Positions 37,848-50,900 are shown, counted from the whole stretch's first letter. The stretch: 63,493 nucleotides of DNA, filler included, from Folioceros fuciformis (GCA_049999805.1; 5 parts of 5 records of this genome joined end to end with filler, not necessarily neighbours in it); one strand, 5' to 3'. Numbers and translations are program-made. The notes: generated from the sequence alone by a model not told the origin.

Positions 37848-40121
37848 TCAAACACTTGGACCCGCAGCATCATGACTCATGTTCGCCACCTTGTGCCCAG
37901 CTCCGAATCCCATGTGCCCCAGCAGCACCCAGATGTGGGTGATGAATTCCCCGCCCTCCGTGAGCAGCTCCACATGCTCCTTGGCCTTCTCAAGCACGGC
38001 TATGGAGATGAGGAGGTCCGCCCACACATTCCCCAGCATCTCCCACATCTGGGCCCTCATCTGGGCGCTACTCTCCTGTTCCTTTTCCGAAGGACAAAAG
38101 CGTTCGCGCAATTGCGACGCAAGGAGTCTCCCAGCCTTCCATGGCTCCTGGGCATACTGTTGCGGATGCTCCTTGGCACGCCACTCGCGGAGATCGTCCG
38201 CGTCGTCGTCCAGAAGCGTCCTGGAAGCCAGAGTTCCCCCCGCCTGCCTCTGGCTGCTGTTGTGCGTCGCAAGATTGGGAAGGTGGAGTCGGCGCTGGAG
38301 TTCGTGATTGGTGTTCAAGAACACCTCCTTGGCCAGGGTGGCGTTGGAGGGCAGCAACTGCGTCCGCTCCTTGAGCAGGTACAAAGTGTACCGCGACAAG
38401 TACTGCGACATCTCTTTGTGGTTGTCGGCCTTAGCGGAGGAGCAATCGTTGCTGCCCAGAATCATTGCCTTCAGCTCTGTCCACAGGATTTGGAATATGC
38501 TGCCTTCCTGGTAGTTCTCCTCACAGTTGATCTCGTGGGCCTCGCACAGGCTGGTGGCCACGTGCCATGTGACTATGGCGTTCTCCAGGTCCGTGCTGCT
38601 GGCCCATGCGAAGTTCTCTGGATCACGCTGGTCTCTTCTGCTGGTGTGGGCGTGGTAGCCGGAGAGAGTGTACCCGGGAACAGAGGCCATGGTGTCCTTC
38701 AGGTCCTGCAATTGCCACTTCTCTTCAGGGCAGTTCTCGGACGAGGGCTTCTTCGCCTGGTCCAGGAGGTTGCACCTTTCGAACACTTTGCGTAGAAGGA
38801 AGATCTCTAAGTCTCGCGCCTTGGTCTTGGGGACACTATGCCTGTCGTCGAATTCCTTCTCTCGGTCAGGGATCATGGAGACCTGCCCGAACCTGTGCCT
38901 CCAGTAACTGTGCCGGAAGGACCCAAAAACCTTGAGGTTCACCACCGACTGGTGGCATAGGGCCACGTAACCCATGACGGTCCAAAAGTAAGTGAGAATT
39001 ATTTGCTTGGGCCAAACACGGGTGTCGTCTCGACGAGGTTGTTCCCTTTTCACCTGCCTGCGACATATGACATACGCGCAGGTTAGCCAGACTCTCGTCC
39101 AGTCTGTGAGGACCACCCTTACCAGCTGGTAAACCTCCACCAGGATAATAAAGGCGAACAGGATCCATGTCACTATTCCAGCCACGCCGTTTGGCTGGAG
39201 CTCCTTCTCCCCTTGCTTGAAGACAATCAGGGAGCATATGATGATGACGGAGAGGGAAGAGGCTCGGGAGCCCGGGCCGACCCATGTGTATGCTGTGCCA
39301 TACGATTTGGTGAACACGCTGTCGAACAGGAATCGGAGCTCTATGTCCAGGACGTTGACGAGTCTGTTCCTTGGAGGTTCTGAAGGTTTTTTAGACGGGT
39401 CTTGGATAGCTGCTGAGCTTGATGATGATAATGACTCTCCCCACAGCTCATTGAAGAATGTTCTGATCTTGTCGGTGCTCCACTCGTGCATGTACAGGTT
39501 TGTGAGCCGTCTGCGGTACATCTTGAAGAGAGCAAAGGCTATGCAGATGTCCACCACTTTCCTGCCGTGGCCCGGATTCTGTGCCTGAAGTGCTTCCCTG
39601 TGGTCCGTCACCTCTGAGACCATCACCACCACGTAGGACTGTCTGATCTTTTGTTCCGTTGCCTTCCGGTCGTCTTTGGGCTCGATTGGGACCCATCGAG
39701 ACCAGTTGGTGAACAAGGGCTCGGACCACTTCTGTTTCTGCAAGAAATGGTACCATTTCGGAGTGTTGAAGGCGTGCTCGTATGCCCGTTTCTCTCCTAG
39801 TACGAAGTAGTTGTATTCTCCATTAGATTCGCTATACAAATTAGATTCTCCATACAAATTAGATTCTCCATCATATTCGCCATACACATTAGATTCTCCA
39901 TCAGATCCCCTATCCAAAGGGTCGAACTGCATGAGTTTGCAAAGGGGGCCGGCCGCCTTGTCCAGATAGTCCCGGCTGGCACAGCGCAGAGCCACAGTTC
40001 GCTCGGCGTACTTCCCAGTTCCCACTATAGCCAGAATCACGCTGATCCAGAGGATGGTGCCGTGTGCCGAGGAGAACACCACATAGAACGCCGTGACCAC
40101 CTGCCCAGCCAGCGACATCAC
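37848..40121 (-). CDS. DUF4220/DUF594 membrane protein, copy 2 (identical; possibly an assembly duplicate)
   Basis: Same 757-aa translation as 35020-37293. Confidence 0.6.
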   Translation of the reverse strand: MMSLAGQVVTAFYVVFSSAHGTILWISVILAIVGTGKYAERTVALRCASRDYLDKAAGPLCKLMQFDPLDRGSDGESNVYGEYDGESNLYGESNLYSESNGEYNYFVLGEKRAYEHAFNTPKWYHFLQKQKWSEPLFTNWSRWVPIEPKDDRKATEQKIRQSYVVVMVSEVTDHREALQAQNPGHGRKVVDICIAFALFKMYRRRLTNLYMHEWSTDKIRTFFNELWGESLSSSSSAAIQDPSKKPSEPPRNRLVNVLDIELRFLFDSVFTKSYGTAYTWVGPGSRASSLSVIIICSLIVFKQGEKELQPNGVAGIVTWILFAFIILVEVYQLVRVVLTDWTRVWLTCAYVICRRQVKREQPRRDDTRVWPKQIILTYFWTVMGYVALCHQSVVNLKVFGSFRHSYWRHRFGQVSMIPDREKEFDDRHSVPKTKARDLEIFLLRKVFERCNLLDQAKKPSSENCPEEKWQLQDLKDTMASVPGYTLSGYHAHTSRRDQRDPENFAWASSTDLENAIVTWHVATSLCEAHEINCEENYQEGSIFQILWTELKAMILGSNDCSSAKADNHKEMSQYLSRYTLYLLKERTQLLPSNATLAKEVFLNTNHELQRRLHLPNLATHNSSQRQAGGTLASRTLLDDDADDLREWRAKEHPQQYAQEPWKAGRLLASQLRERFCPSEKEQESSAQMRAQMWEMLGNVWADLLISIAVLEKAKEHVELLTEGGEFITHIWVLLGHMGFGAGHKVANMSHDAAGPSV

Positions 40122-40225
40122 GAGTNNNNNNNNNNNNNNNNNNNNNNNNNNNNNNNNNNNNNNNNNNNNTTAATTAATTAANNNNNNNNNNNNNNNNNNN
40201 NNNNNNNNNNNNNNNNNNNNNNNNN

Positions 40226-40652
40226 ATGACAAGGCTCTACAGGTATATAGCAGCCACCCACGACAGGGGCATCATGTACAGGTCGAAATCCAAAAATGCA
40301 TTGCAGTTAGTGGATTACAATGACGCCGACTGGGCCGCCGACCCTGATAGCAGAAAGAGTGTCTCTAGCTATGTTACCTTGCTTGCTGGAGGTGCTGTGG
40401 CCTGGAGTAGCAGGAGACAAACCACAATCGCACTCTTCTCGACAGACGCCGAATACAAGAGTCTCACAGAGGCCTGCAAAGAGGGAAGTGATTGCAGCAG
40501 GAGTGGTGGAAATTATCTACTGCCCGACAAGAGAGATGACAGCTGATATCCTCACGAAAAGTCTTGGGCGCATCAAACACTACCAGCACGCCACCAGCCT
40601 TGGACTCTGCGCTGCAGGAGAACTCTTCAAATGGAGCAGGGTGCTTGATTAG
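40226..40652 (+). mobile_element. Ty1/copia RT/RNase H fragment with internal deletion
   Basis: YNDADWAADPDSRKSVSSY..WSSRRQTTIALFSTDAEY, then in another frame YCPTREMTADILTKSL. PPT-like agtgggagag near 40881. Confidence 0.88.
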
Positions 40653-42409
40653 TAGCTCAACAGAGCTTGGGCGCAGCCGCAAAAGAACTGGAGCGCAAGT
40701 GACTGAACGAAAGTCGAGAAGTCGGCCTGCCCTAGTTTCTGGATTTTTCGAGTCTAGGTTGCTCAAATCTCGTTAGCAAGTTTAAGCTTTTCTCTATGTC
40801 AAGTAGATATAGATAAGCAAACAATAAATGACATATATATACATATATAGTTAAGTATGTGTAGATAGCCCTCTCACCTGAGTGGGAGAGTTAGAGTAGG
40901 GTAAATACATTAACTTACTTATAGGTTTAGGGCTAGACAGTTAGAAACCCTAATCGTCGCCATATCTTGGTGACGTGACCGAGAACGCTGAGCAACAACT
41001 TTTCTTTTCTCACGCTGTGACACCCATCTGATCCGTCTCATGAAAAGCAACAAGTTGGCAAGATTTGGGGAGTCCTGAAAAGGACAGTCCCGAATTTGCC
41101 TTGTCCCCGTAAATCCACTTCCAAAGGGGTAGGCCTTGCTTGCCATTGGTATAAGGTCCCCCACGGAGGACCATGAACACCATGTAGTCATAGACACCCG
41201 AAGGGCATGGATGGTGAATTAGAGGATGGGACAATTCCATCGCCGCAAGCCATCATAGGGTGTCATAGAATGCCCAAGCCAATATGGTCAACTGATTTGG
41301 GGGTCATGGAACTTCGGGTTCAGTGACCCGAGGACCTGTTATTAGTAGCCAAACCATGCCGAAGAGTGAAACTGCCATGGGCCAAAGAGACTGTCGGGTA
41401 TAAAAGAGGCCGCTCGGACCGTATTCAATCACTTTATTAACCAAAGCACCAAAAAACTACCAAGTGCCTGTCGTTCGATTTTTGGAGGGGAGTTTCGGTA
41501 CCTGCTACCTTCCACACAACCCTTGAGCAAACCACATGCAAGGAAGATGTTGTGCTGGCCCATCACAAAGTAAGTATGCATTCCAAAGAGGCATCAAACT
41601 GCAATAGCGTTCGCATTGTTGGGGTTTAAGGTTATGAGGGCTCCCGATTGCAAACACAATAAGCAATTCTTCCTTTTGCACATTTTTGTGCACGCACAAC
41701 CTATGTTGTGTGGACACCCAAAAGGAGCGTAAATGGGCATTGGCTGCATTGCGCATACGCAATCTACATAGGAAATTGGCCTATCCGATTCGCGCCCAAT
41801 AGCCCCAACATGGGACTCACTCAATGCTTTCTGCAGTGCTGTGACTCTTTCACCACTTGGGGTTTAGAGATGTGGGATTTGTAGCACGCATCTTGTGGAT
41901 GTACTCAAGGTGTACACATGGAGGACATCCAATATTGAATGAAAGCTACCACCTATAGATCCCGCTGCCACTCACCCCATTACTTTCCTTCCCCATTCTA
42001 AATATCAATGCAATTTGACGAAGCAATCTCAAGAACCACACTTATGTGAAACTAGGAAGGGGAATAATAAGTATTGGTGTAGAAACACAGACACCCAGAC
42101 CATCAACCCCTCATGTTATAATCTGCCTACTCAAATGCAACAGCTATACAACATCACGTTACACTGGGTTACTGAGCCTAGCCCCAACCTGCTGTTTGTT
42201 GCACTTGGGAGCAACATAATAAGAAAATGTTACTCGGTGTGTTACTGTGTTAGAGGCCTAACGTAGTAGTGATGATTGATGCACCTACATACCTGCGCAA
42301 CAAGGATAGTGGCACCAATGTCAACCTCATCTGACGTTGTAAACCGTTCATCACATGAACATTACATAATGTTCATGTGATGAATTGGAAGCAAATGAAG
42401 GAGGAGAAG

Positions 42410-43570
42410 CAACAATTAGGAGATGCAGGATTGTCAAAATACAGGATTCCAAACTCGAAGGACAAAGTCAAATCATTTCATAGAAATGTACTTAAGATGA
42501 AGGTTTTTATGACAAAATGACCATATACTTTGTTTTTTGCGGATTTACCATGTGGGCTGCAAAGGCATGAGAATGACAAGTTGCTGACTGAAACTAAGCT
42601 AGAAGAGCTATTGAGTGGATTCAATGAGTGTACTAGTAGCAATGTCGATCGGATTATCTTCATGCATAGTGTGGATGAAGTGATGCAAGCCAGAGAGGCT
42701 TTATGTCGATGATGTAAAAGAGTACCACACAGACCCTGATATGGGAGAAGACAAATATTCCACCAAACTTTGGAGTAGTGAAGATAGAAGACNNNNNNNN
42801 NNAGAAGACAAATATTCCACCAAACTTTGGAGTAGTGAAGATAGAAGACAAATATTCCACCAAACTTTGGAGTAGTGAAGATAGTGGAGTATCTAACCAT
42901 TAGCAGTGCTATGAAGGTAGAGACAAGTGAACAAAGGGCACCACTATTTTTTGCTCGCGGTATAAACCTTCTTCTTCGAGTCATTCAGCATGAGCCGTGG
43001 TAAAAAAGCATATGTTTCATACTGCACACTCTATGGTTGTCTCATCGTATCAAAACCCCTTGGATTGCTAGGTATGTTACTGCAAATGTTCTCATGTGAA
43101 GGTGATTGGGTGGTAGATGCCTTGGTAGGTTCCAGAAGGGTTTTACAAGCGGTTATCCAACATGGGTGGCACACAAAGGCCATCGAATAGGAAACTTGCC
43201 AGATGCAAAGAAGAGATTTCTATTTCATCGTTTGTTAGAGGCCCTTCAAAATTTTGGGCAAAAGAAGTTTGTGCCGATGAGAAAATTGATAGGAAGATGC
43301 AAGTCTTCAGCTTGCTTAGGAAAAAGGGCAATAAGGGCTCCCACAACGTTGAAAGGGTTGAGGAACATCCTCTTGCTATAATAGCATGGGATGAAAACGG
43401 CACACTCCCACCCTAAAATGTGGAGGCATCCGAATTTTTTGTCCTCGAGGTAGAGGGTGATGATTTTTGCTGATACAAAGGAGCAATAACTGAGGTCCCC
43501 GGACGTAGTTATAGGAATTAAAATCTAACTGAGAAGAATTGTCTTGAGATTTCAAGAGCTTTTGGTTTTG
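42410..43570 (+). pseudogene. Decayed beta-class N6A/N4C DNA methyltransferase-like ORF with C-terminal extension (copy 2)
   Basis: SFHRNVLKMKVFMTK*PYTLFFADLPCG, IWEKTN, KPLGLLGMLLQMFSCEGDWVVDALVGSRRVLQAVIQHGWHTKAIE, then RGPSKFWAKEVC... Collinear with 5660-6760. Confidence 0.7.
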
Positions 43571-44966
43571 AGGAGCCAGAACGTTTAGGCTTAAGTGCTC
43601 TAGTATACTAGCGGCGCACTATTCTTTGGATCTACAACTTTAAGCTGTTAGAGCTTCTCCATGGCTTAAGTTATGCAAGCTTACTTGCGTGTACTCAAGC
43701 TTTTTCAAATACAATACTATGGTGTACATGCATGCAACATGGTTTTTATGAACCTTAATGAACTTAAACACATATGTGGTTGGTCTTTTACATTATGCCT
43801 TTGGGGCTGAATGGGCTTTCAAGAATTTGCCTGCTTGGCGTAGACCATGTGTTTTATGGAATTACCTTGAGAAAGTGTTTTATAAAATTATTTTTCTCGC
43901 TTTCAAAATTGCGCTCAAACCCAATCTCTTCACTTGTGCAACTATTTATAATACAAGCGTTTAATAGCCATTGTGGCTGAGCAAGCAGTTAGCGGTGGTT
44001 TTTGATCTGGTACTGTGTAGGTTCCAAAGGAGGTTAACACAAAATGTAACATCGAAAAGGTGGTGAACTTCATTACAGTTGCTTTCCATAAAAAAGAAAA
44101 TTCTATGTATTTGCAAGAGACAATGCTTGGAGTGGTGTCATGCATATGGTGCCTGCAACACATGCTTGTCCAATGTGAGCCCTCCCCGTGCCCTCCTCGG
44201 TGCTATGAGGTTTCCACATTTAGGTCTTACTTGTCTGGTGATTCTATATCCACACAAACCAACACTATAATTTATCTCCCTCTCTTGGGGTAGATGTATT
44301 TTTTCCGTCTTATTTTCTCAAATAAATAAATCATACTTTATTTCTATATTTTTAGTTTTGTTTCCCTGCACTCCACTTCATTCATGCACGCATTATGTGT
44401 CAGAGGGTACGTACTTTTTATCCTAGAATACGCTTGGATGTACGGACGACCCCTTGTGAGCAAAGAAACAAAATACTGCCGTGAAGGAGATTCTGAAGCA
44501 GCGTCCAGTTGTCCGATCTCGTTGTCCCGTGTCCAGGATATTATAGAACCCGCGGATGCGTAGCGAGTAACACCGTCTGGACAGCGAATGCCGGCCACAG
44601 AGCACCGGCCAATACCTTCCGTGAGGCCCGTCGCAGCGTTGGGTCGCAGGAGCACACAAGGCTACGTCTTGACGCCGTGGAGGTTGTTGGCGAGTCATCC
44701 GCTCTTCTGCGCTCCACCAATGACGTCTCCGGGACGGCAGCGGCAGTGGGAGTGGCAGCGCTGATCCAGGCCCTTCCTTTCTCGCTTGCCCCGTTGTGAC
44801 CACACGTCGTTCTGCAGCTCTCGGTTAAGAATACCGGGTCAGGAATCGCCTTCATTGCCCGCGCTGCTGATCCACTCCCTTTCAGCACGAACCTGGTGCG
44901 TTAATCACGTTGGAAACTCCCGGAATCCTTGATATCGTCGGTGAATTTTTCCCCACGGTGCGGGCG

Positions 44967-47900
44967 ATGGAGGCTTCTGCCGGAAGCGCCTCGGTGGCAC
45001 AGGACCCTACAGGTGGAACCTGTCGTCTTTGGAGGAATTAGATCAGCGTGCCACTAAACAAGATCGTGCAGCGCTGCATCTCGACATCGAAAGTGAAAAG
45101 GAACGTTAACGGTGGCGCAACACGCACATGAGGATGCTCCACTTCCGGGACCGTCTCATCCTTGCAGCCGGTGCCTGATCGCTGGTAATGGTATTTTCTT
45201 GACAAAAGAACGTTCCTGGGCATCGCTGCCAGAATGGGCTTAGGAGAAGTCGAGTTGATTTCTTGATTTGCTTCGATGCTCTCGGAGGAAGGAGCGGTCC
45301 TTGGAACGGCCACCTTTGATAGAATGGAGTACCCTAGCGTCTGGCGGATGCTCCCGGAGCGTCATTCCTGGACGCTTGTTTGTGTGTGATCACTGTGATG
45401 AGAATCGTGTACGAAGATCCCTGTTGCCTGAATTTCGGCAGTTTGGTAGAGCCACCGGAACGTAGCTGTAATTCGAGCTCCTGCGAAAGGTTGGGCGTGA
45501 ACAGCGCAGCAAGTTCTAGAGGCAGAACGCGGTAGAATCCTTTGATCGGCTTCACCGCGGAGAGAAGATGATGAACAAGCTATTTTGTCTGGATGCGTGC
45601 TGCTGCCTGGAATGAGTGTTAGGGAATGAAGTTAAGTGGACTGCTGGATTGCGGGTGTGGAGCTGCACTGTACAACAAATCTGCAACTCGTCCTTCACCT
45701 GTGCACCGAATGCGACTAGGAGATGAGAGCTTGGACTGTGGATGATGAAGACGGCGTGGTTTCTATGGTATGTTCACACAAATTCTGGTCTTGATGCAGG
45801 CTTGTTTTCTGGCACTTGAACAAGGACTTGCACATCGCATCGACAATAATGTTGTCCAGTAAGTCCATTATGCATGTCGCTTTCTTGTGTGCTCGCATTA
45901 ATGCTGGCTCCTCCAGTGCTTCGTGGTACGTCTTGTGAAATTAACATGCGATTGAACCTCCATCTTTTGATTGTTGTATAGTGGAATGGTCACGCTTCTG
46001 CAGCACTCCGGGAGGATCTGCTGGTGGAAATTGCATGGGAGGGATCTGCTCTCCTCTTCAACAATCAGCTTCTGCGTCATCATGTCAGGAAGCGCTGCAT
46101 CTGGCCCCCTGCAGCTTGCAAGCTCTTATTACGGGAGCGCAAATCATTTTCCTTGCGTCCTATCTATTTCTCTGTGTGATGAGGTTCAACGCTTTATGGC
46201 GACAACGTTTTGGTATAAGGGATTTGCTAAGAACTAGGCAGACCCCGTCCATTTTCCGCCCAGTTGTTGCCTGTTTGGCTCTGTGCGTGGGTACTGCAAG
46301 TTTTGGTGTTGGAGGTTGGCAGCTTCTTTCGAGTTGGGGTGCTTCGGCTGAGCCTACGTACCAGGGGGTCGGATTGCTCGTTAAAGGCTTGGCATGGATT
46401 GTGCTGTCCCTGACTCTCGGCATATCTGCCCCGCCATCGATGGTCACTTTCCTTGAAATATGGTGGGTAGCTACTTTTCTTCTGGAAGGTACTGCTGCCA
46501 TCACAGCTGCATTGGACATATTAGTCTATGCGCAGAACTTATGTGCTGAGTACGTAGTGGATTTCGCAACCTGGTCTGTGTCCTTCTTGTTGCTTATTTG
46601 CCTTTGCAAGAGGGAAAAAATGGATACAGTAAGGGAGTCATATACAGAGCCTCTTCTGAACGGGAATCGATTCAAGCAGGACTCTGATGCGGCAGACCCG
46701 TTACTGGCTGAGGATGGATTATGGGCAGACAGGCATGGCGAGGACTACATTGTGACACCTTTTGAAAGGGCTGGAGTCTTTAGTCGTCTATCCTTCCTAT
46801 GGCTGTCTCCACTCATGTCTTTGGGGTACAGCAGACCTCTTGAGCAAACAGATTTACCTCAACTTGGTACATCGGATAAGGCACTTACTGCATACAACCT
46901 GTTCAGAGCAGCTTGGCAGCGCCAGCAAGTAGAAACTCCCTCAAAGGCTCCATCCTTGGTTCAGGTGTTTGCAATGTGCCATTGGAGGGATCTTGCCAAG
47001 AATGGCGTGTTTGCATTACTCAAATCATTGACTTTGTCCGCTTCACCTGTCATCCTAAACCTTTTCATAGGATTCGTCGGAGGAAGGAAAGCGTTTGAAT
47101 ATGAAGGGCATTTCCTTGTGCTGGGACTATTTTTGGCAAAAATAACAGAATCTCTGTCACAGCGCCAGTGGTACTTTGGGAGTCGAAGGGTGGGACTGCA
47201 TCTGAGGTCGTCCCTTATTGCAGCTTTGTATCACAAGGAGCTAGTACTGTCAAATTCTGGGAGGCAAAGACATGCAGCAGGAGAGGTAGTGAGCTACATG
47301 GCAGTCGATGCGTACAGGATCGGAGAGATCCCTTTCTGGTTTCACCTTCTCTGGACGACGCCTTTGCAAATTGTGATAGCTTTAATCATTCTGTTCTCAA
47401 CAGTTGGAATGGGCACCCTGGCGGGACTGGCTATACTTCTGGGTGTTATGATTCTGAATTCTCCTTTGGCAAAAGCCCAACAGAGATATCAGACGTCATT
47501 GATGGATGCACAAGATGCTAGATTGAGAGCAACAACTGAGGCTTTGCGCAATATCAGAATTCTCAAGCTTCAAGCATGGGAGGTCAAATTTAAAGAGAAG
47601 ATTGAAAGCCTTAGACATGAGGAATGGAAATGGTTGTCAGCTGTTCAGTTCAAGAAGGCTTACAACTCAATGTTGTTTTGGGTGTCTCCCATTTTCATGG
47701 CCACGGCAACTTTTGTAACAGCTGCCCTTCTTGGAACACCTCTGACTGCTAGCAGAGTTTTCACTGCTCTTGCAACTCTGAGAATCATACAGGAACCTAT
47801 TCGACTAATACCTGAATTACTTGCTGTACTGATACAGTTCAGGGTGTCGACTGGTCGTGTTGCAAAATTTCTGGAAGAGAAAGAGCTTGACCTGGGTGCT

Positions 47901-50900
47901 GTTGAGAGGGTCGCAAGGAACAGCACGAGTTATGCGGTTGAGATTCATAATGGTGTATTCAGCTGGGAATCGAATTCAGAGACTACTGTATTGAAGGACA
48001 TCACGGTTCAGATTCGACATGGTGATCGCGTTGCTGTGGTTGGTGAGGTTGGAGCTGGAAAGTCCTCACTCCTATGTGCTATAATTGGAGAGACTCCAAA
48101 GCTATCTGGCGTGGTAAGTTACATATAGCTTTCAGTATTTCAGAGATGGCATATGTTTGACGCTTTGGAGGAAGTTCCTGCAGCTTATGTTTACAGATGA
48201 TAATTTGGAATAATACTCTTTGTCAGCCACTTGACAGCCATTCTTGTTGCAGGTGAAGGTTGCTGGCAGCACAGCGTACGTACCGCAGACTCCATGGATT
48301 CAGAGTGGTACGGTGCAGGACAACATATTGTTTGGGCTTCCCATGGATGAATCTCGTTACAACGCATGCATTAAAGCATGTGCTTTGGACAAGGACATAC
48401 AGGGGTTTGCATATGGGGACCAGACAGAAATAGGTGAGAGGGGCATCAACATGAGTGGAGGGCAAAAGCAGCGGATTCAATTGGCCCGGGCAGTCTACCA
48501 GGATGCAGATATATATCTGTTGGATGATCCATTCAGTGCTGTAGATGCTCACACTGCCTCAAGTCTCTTCACAGTAAACGCCACCTTCCTTGCAGTACTC
48601 ATTTATCCTAGTGCACTTGTGTTTGCTTTGTATATGTTTCCTGTTCTTTGGACTGATGCCTTGAGTTTATTCCAGGACTGTGTGATGGGAATCCTTGCAC
48701 AGAAGACTGTTGTCCTGGTGACTCACCAAGTGGAGTTCCTTCCAGCGCTTGACATGATCCTGGTATGGCAAAAACTCTTTTCTGACTGATTTCTGCTCAG
48801 CGTCAGGGACTTGATACCTGCGTGTTATTCAAACTAAGTCGCGCCTTCTCAACTTGCTTGTCAAAAAATCAACCTTTGCAGCTTGTGGACGACGGGGAGA
48901 TTCGTAAGAAGGGAGGCTTTGATGAGTTGTTGGAGTCAAGCAGCGTGTTTGGAGATCTTGTGAATGCTCACCAACAAACCATGGGCCTCGCCAGCGGCAA
49001 CGGGGAACCGGATGATGCAATCGACACTAGCACAGTTGCAGTCCCGATTAGCAAAATTGAACATTCGGAAAGGAGACAAGGAAGCAAATTGAAAACATCA
49101 CGTAACCCGGGGGTAGTTGACGGGCATCAACTGACAAAGAAAGAGGAAAGAAAATTTGGGAGTCCAGGTCTTACAACATATAGAGACTATCTCTGGCAAA
49201 ATGGTGGATATTTATTCTGTCTGGGTTGTGTTGGCTCGCAACTCATGTTCGTTGCGGGGCAAATTGCAAGCAACTGGTGGATGGCCTCCGAGACTGGGAA
49301 TCCTGAGATTTCTGTCAAAAATCTCGTTGGAGTATATGCAGGCTTTGGATTATTGTCTGGTTTTTTTGTGTTAATGAGGTCACTCTTCATTGTGTGGATG
49401 GGCTTGGCAAGTTCATCTTCCTTCTTTTCTGGAATTATGGATTCTGTGTTCCGTTCTCCTATGGCTTTCTTTGATTCAACTCCCACAGGCCGGATTCTTA
49501 GTCGGGTAATAATCTTATCTCGTCGCACAGGGGAGGGTACATGTAGGTCGAAACCCGTTTTTGGTGGCTGTGAGGTGCTGGCAAGGATGTAACATCGATC
49601 TTTCGTGCAGGTATCCTCTGACATGAGCTTAATGGATCTCGATGTTCCATTCAACCTCGGGTTTTCCATTGGAGCGACTTTGAATGCTTGGAGCTCCTTG
49701 TTAGTAACTGTAGCGGTCACATGGCAAGTTGTCATCCTGATTTTCCCTGTGCTATGTTTCAATGGCTGGCTGCAGGTACGAAATTGGCATCTGGTGTTTC
49801 TTTCTGATAGTGCTCTTACATGAAGTCGTGATCTCTACAGGCCATGTCGCCGCGTGTGCTATAACTGTGGCTAACGCTTTCTTGTTTTGAAACAGAGATA
49901 CTACTTGGCGTCTGCCCGGGAGATTATGAGAATGAACGGGACCACAAAAGCACCTCTAGTGAACCACTTTGGGGAGGCCAGTGCTGGAGCAGTTACCATT
50001 CGAGCGTTTCGAGTAGAAGAACGTTTCAAGAAGAAAAATTTGAAACTGATTGATGACAATGCATCTGCTGTGTTCCACAGCTTTACAGCTAACGAATGGC
50101 TGATTCAGCGACTGGAATTTATGTCCAGTTTGGTGCTGACAGCGTCAGCTCTTCTGATTGTACTATTGCCAGCAGGGCAGATTGATCCTGGTACGTTGTT
50201 GTTTTCGCTGGTCATGTGCCATAGCGCAGAACTGGACCTGACAAATTTAGCCACGGATTAGTGTCACTCTCTTCCTAACTCTCCTTGATGCAGGTTTCGT
50301 GGGACTTGCGCTTACGTATGGACTCACTCTGAATGTGTCGATGGTCTATAGTGTGCAAAATCAGTGCACCCTTGACAACAACATTATATCCGTGGAGAGA
50401 ATCAAACAATTTATGAGCCTACCAAGCGAAGCTCCTCGTGTGATCGAAAGCAACCGACCTCCCGTTCAGTGGCCCAGCAAAGGCAAAGTGGAGTTGCAGA
50501 ATTTACAGGTTTGCGTTCAATCTCTGGGTGTTTAGGATGGTTTGTGTTCAATCTCTGGGTGTTTAGGATGGTTTGCGGTCCTGTTAAGTTTACCACGGAA
50601 CTAACGTAATTGTCACCTGGACAGATCCGGTACCAGCCGCATTCTCCGCTGGTGTTACGTGGAGTGTCATGCACATTTCAAGGTGGACAGCGAGTCGGTG
50701 TGGTTGGTCGCACGGGGAGTGGAAAGACAACACTTGTCAGTGTCCTGTTCCGCCTAGTGGAACCCGCCGGTGGCAACGTTGTAATTGATGACATAGACAT
50801 CACCACTATTGGGTTGTATGATCTGCGATCAAGACTGAGTATCATTCCTCAGGAACCGACCATGTTTCGTGGCACCGTCCGATTCAACATGGATCCGGTG

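Larger units (their letters stand above)
34480..40125. repeat. Apparently identical 2818-bp duplication (34480-37297 and 37308-40125) separated by a 10-N gap
   Basis: Offset 2828; all ORFs in the two copies translate identically; both copies are bounded by gaps. Confidence 0.95.

Noticed and set aside
42746-42885. 40-bp tandem repeat inside MTase copy 2
   Set aside because: Straddles a 10-N gap; likely contig-end overlap duplication.
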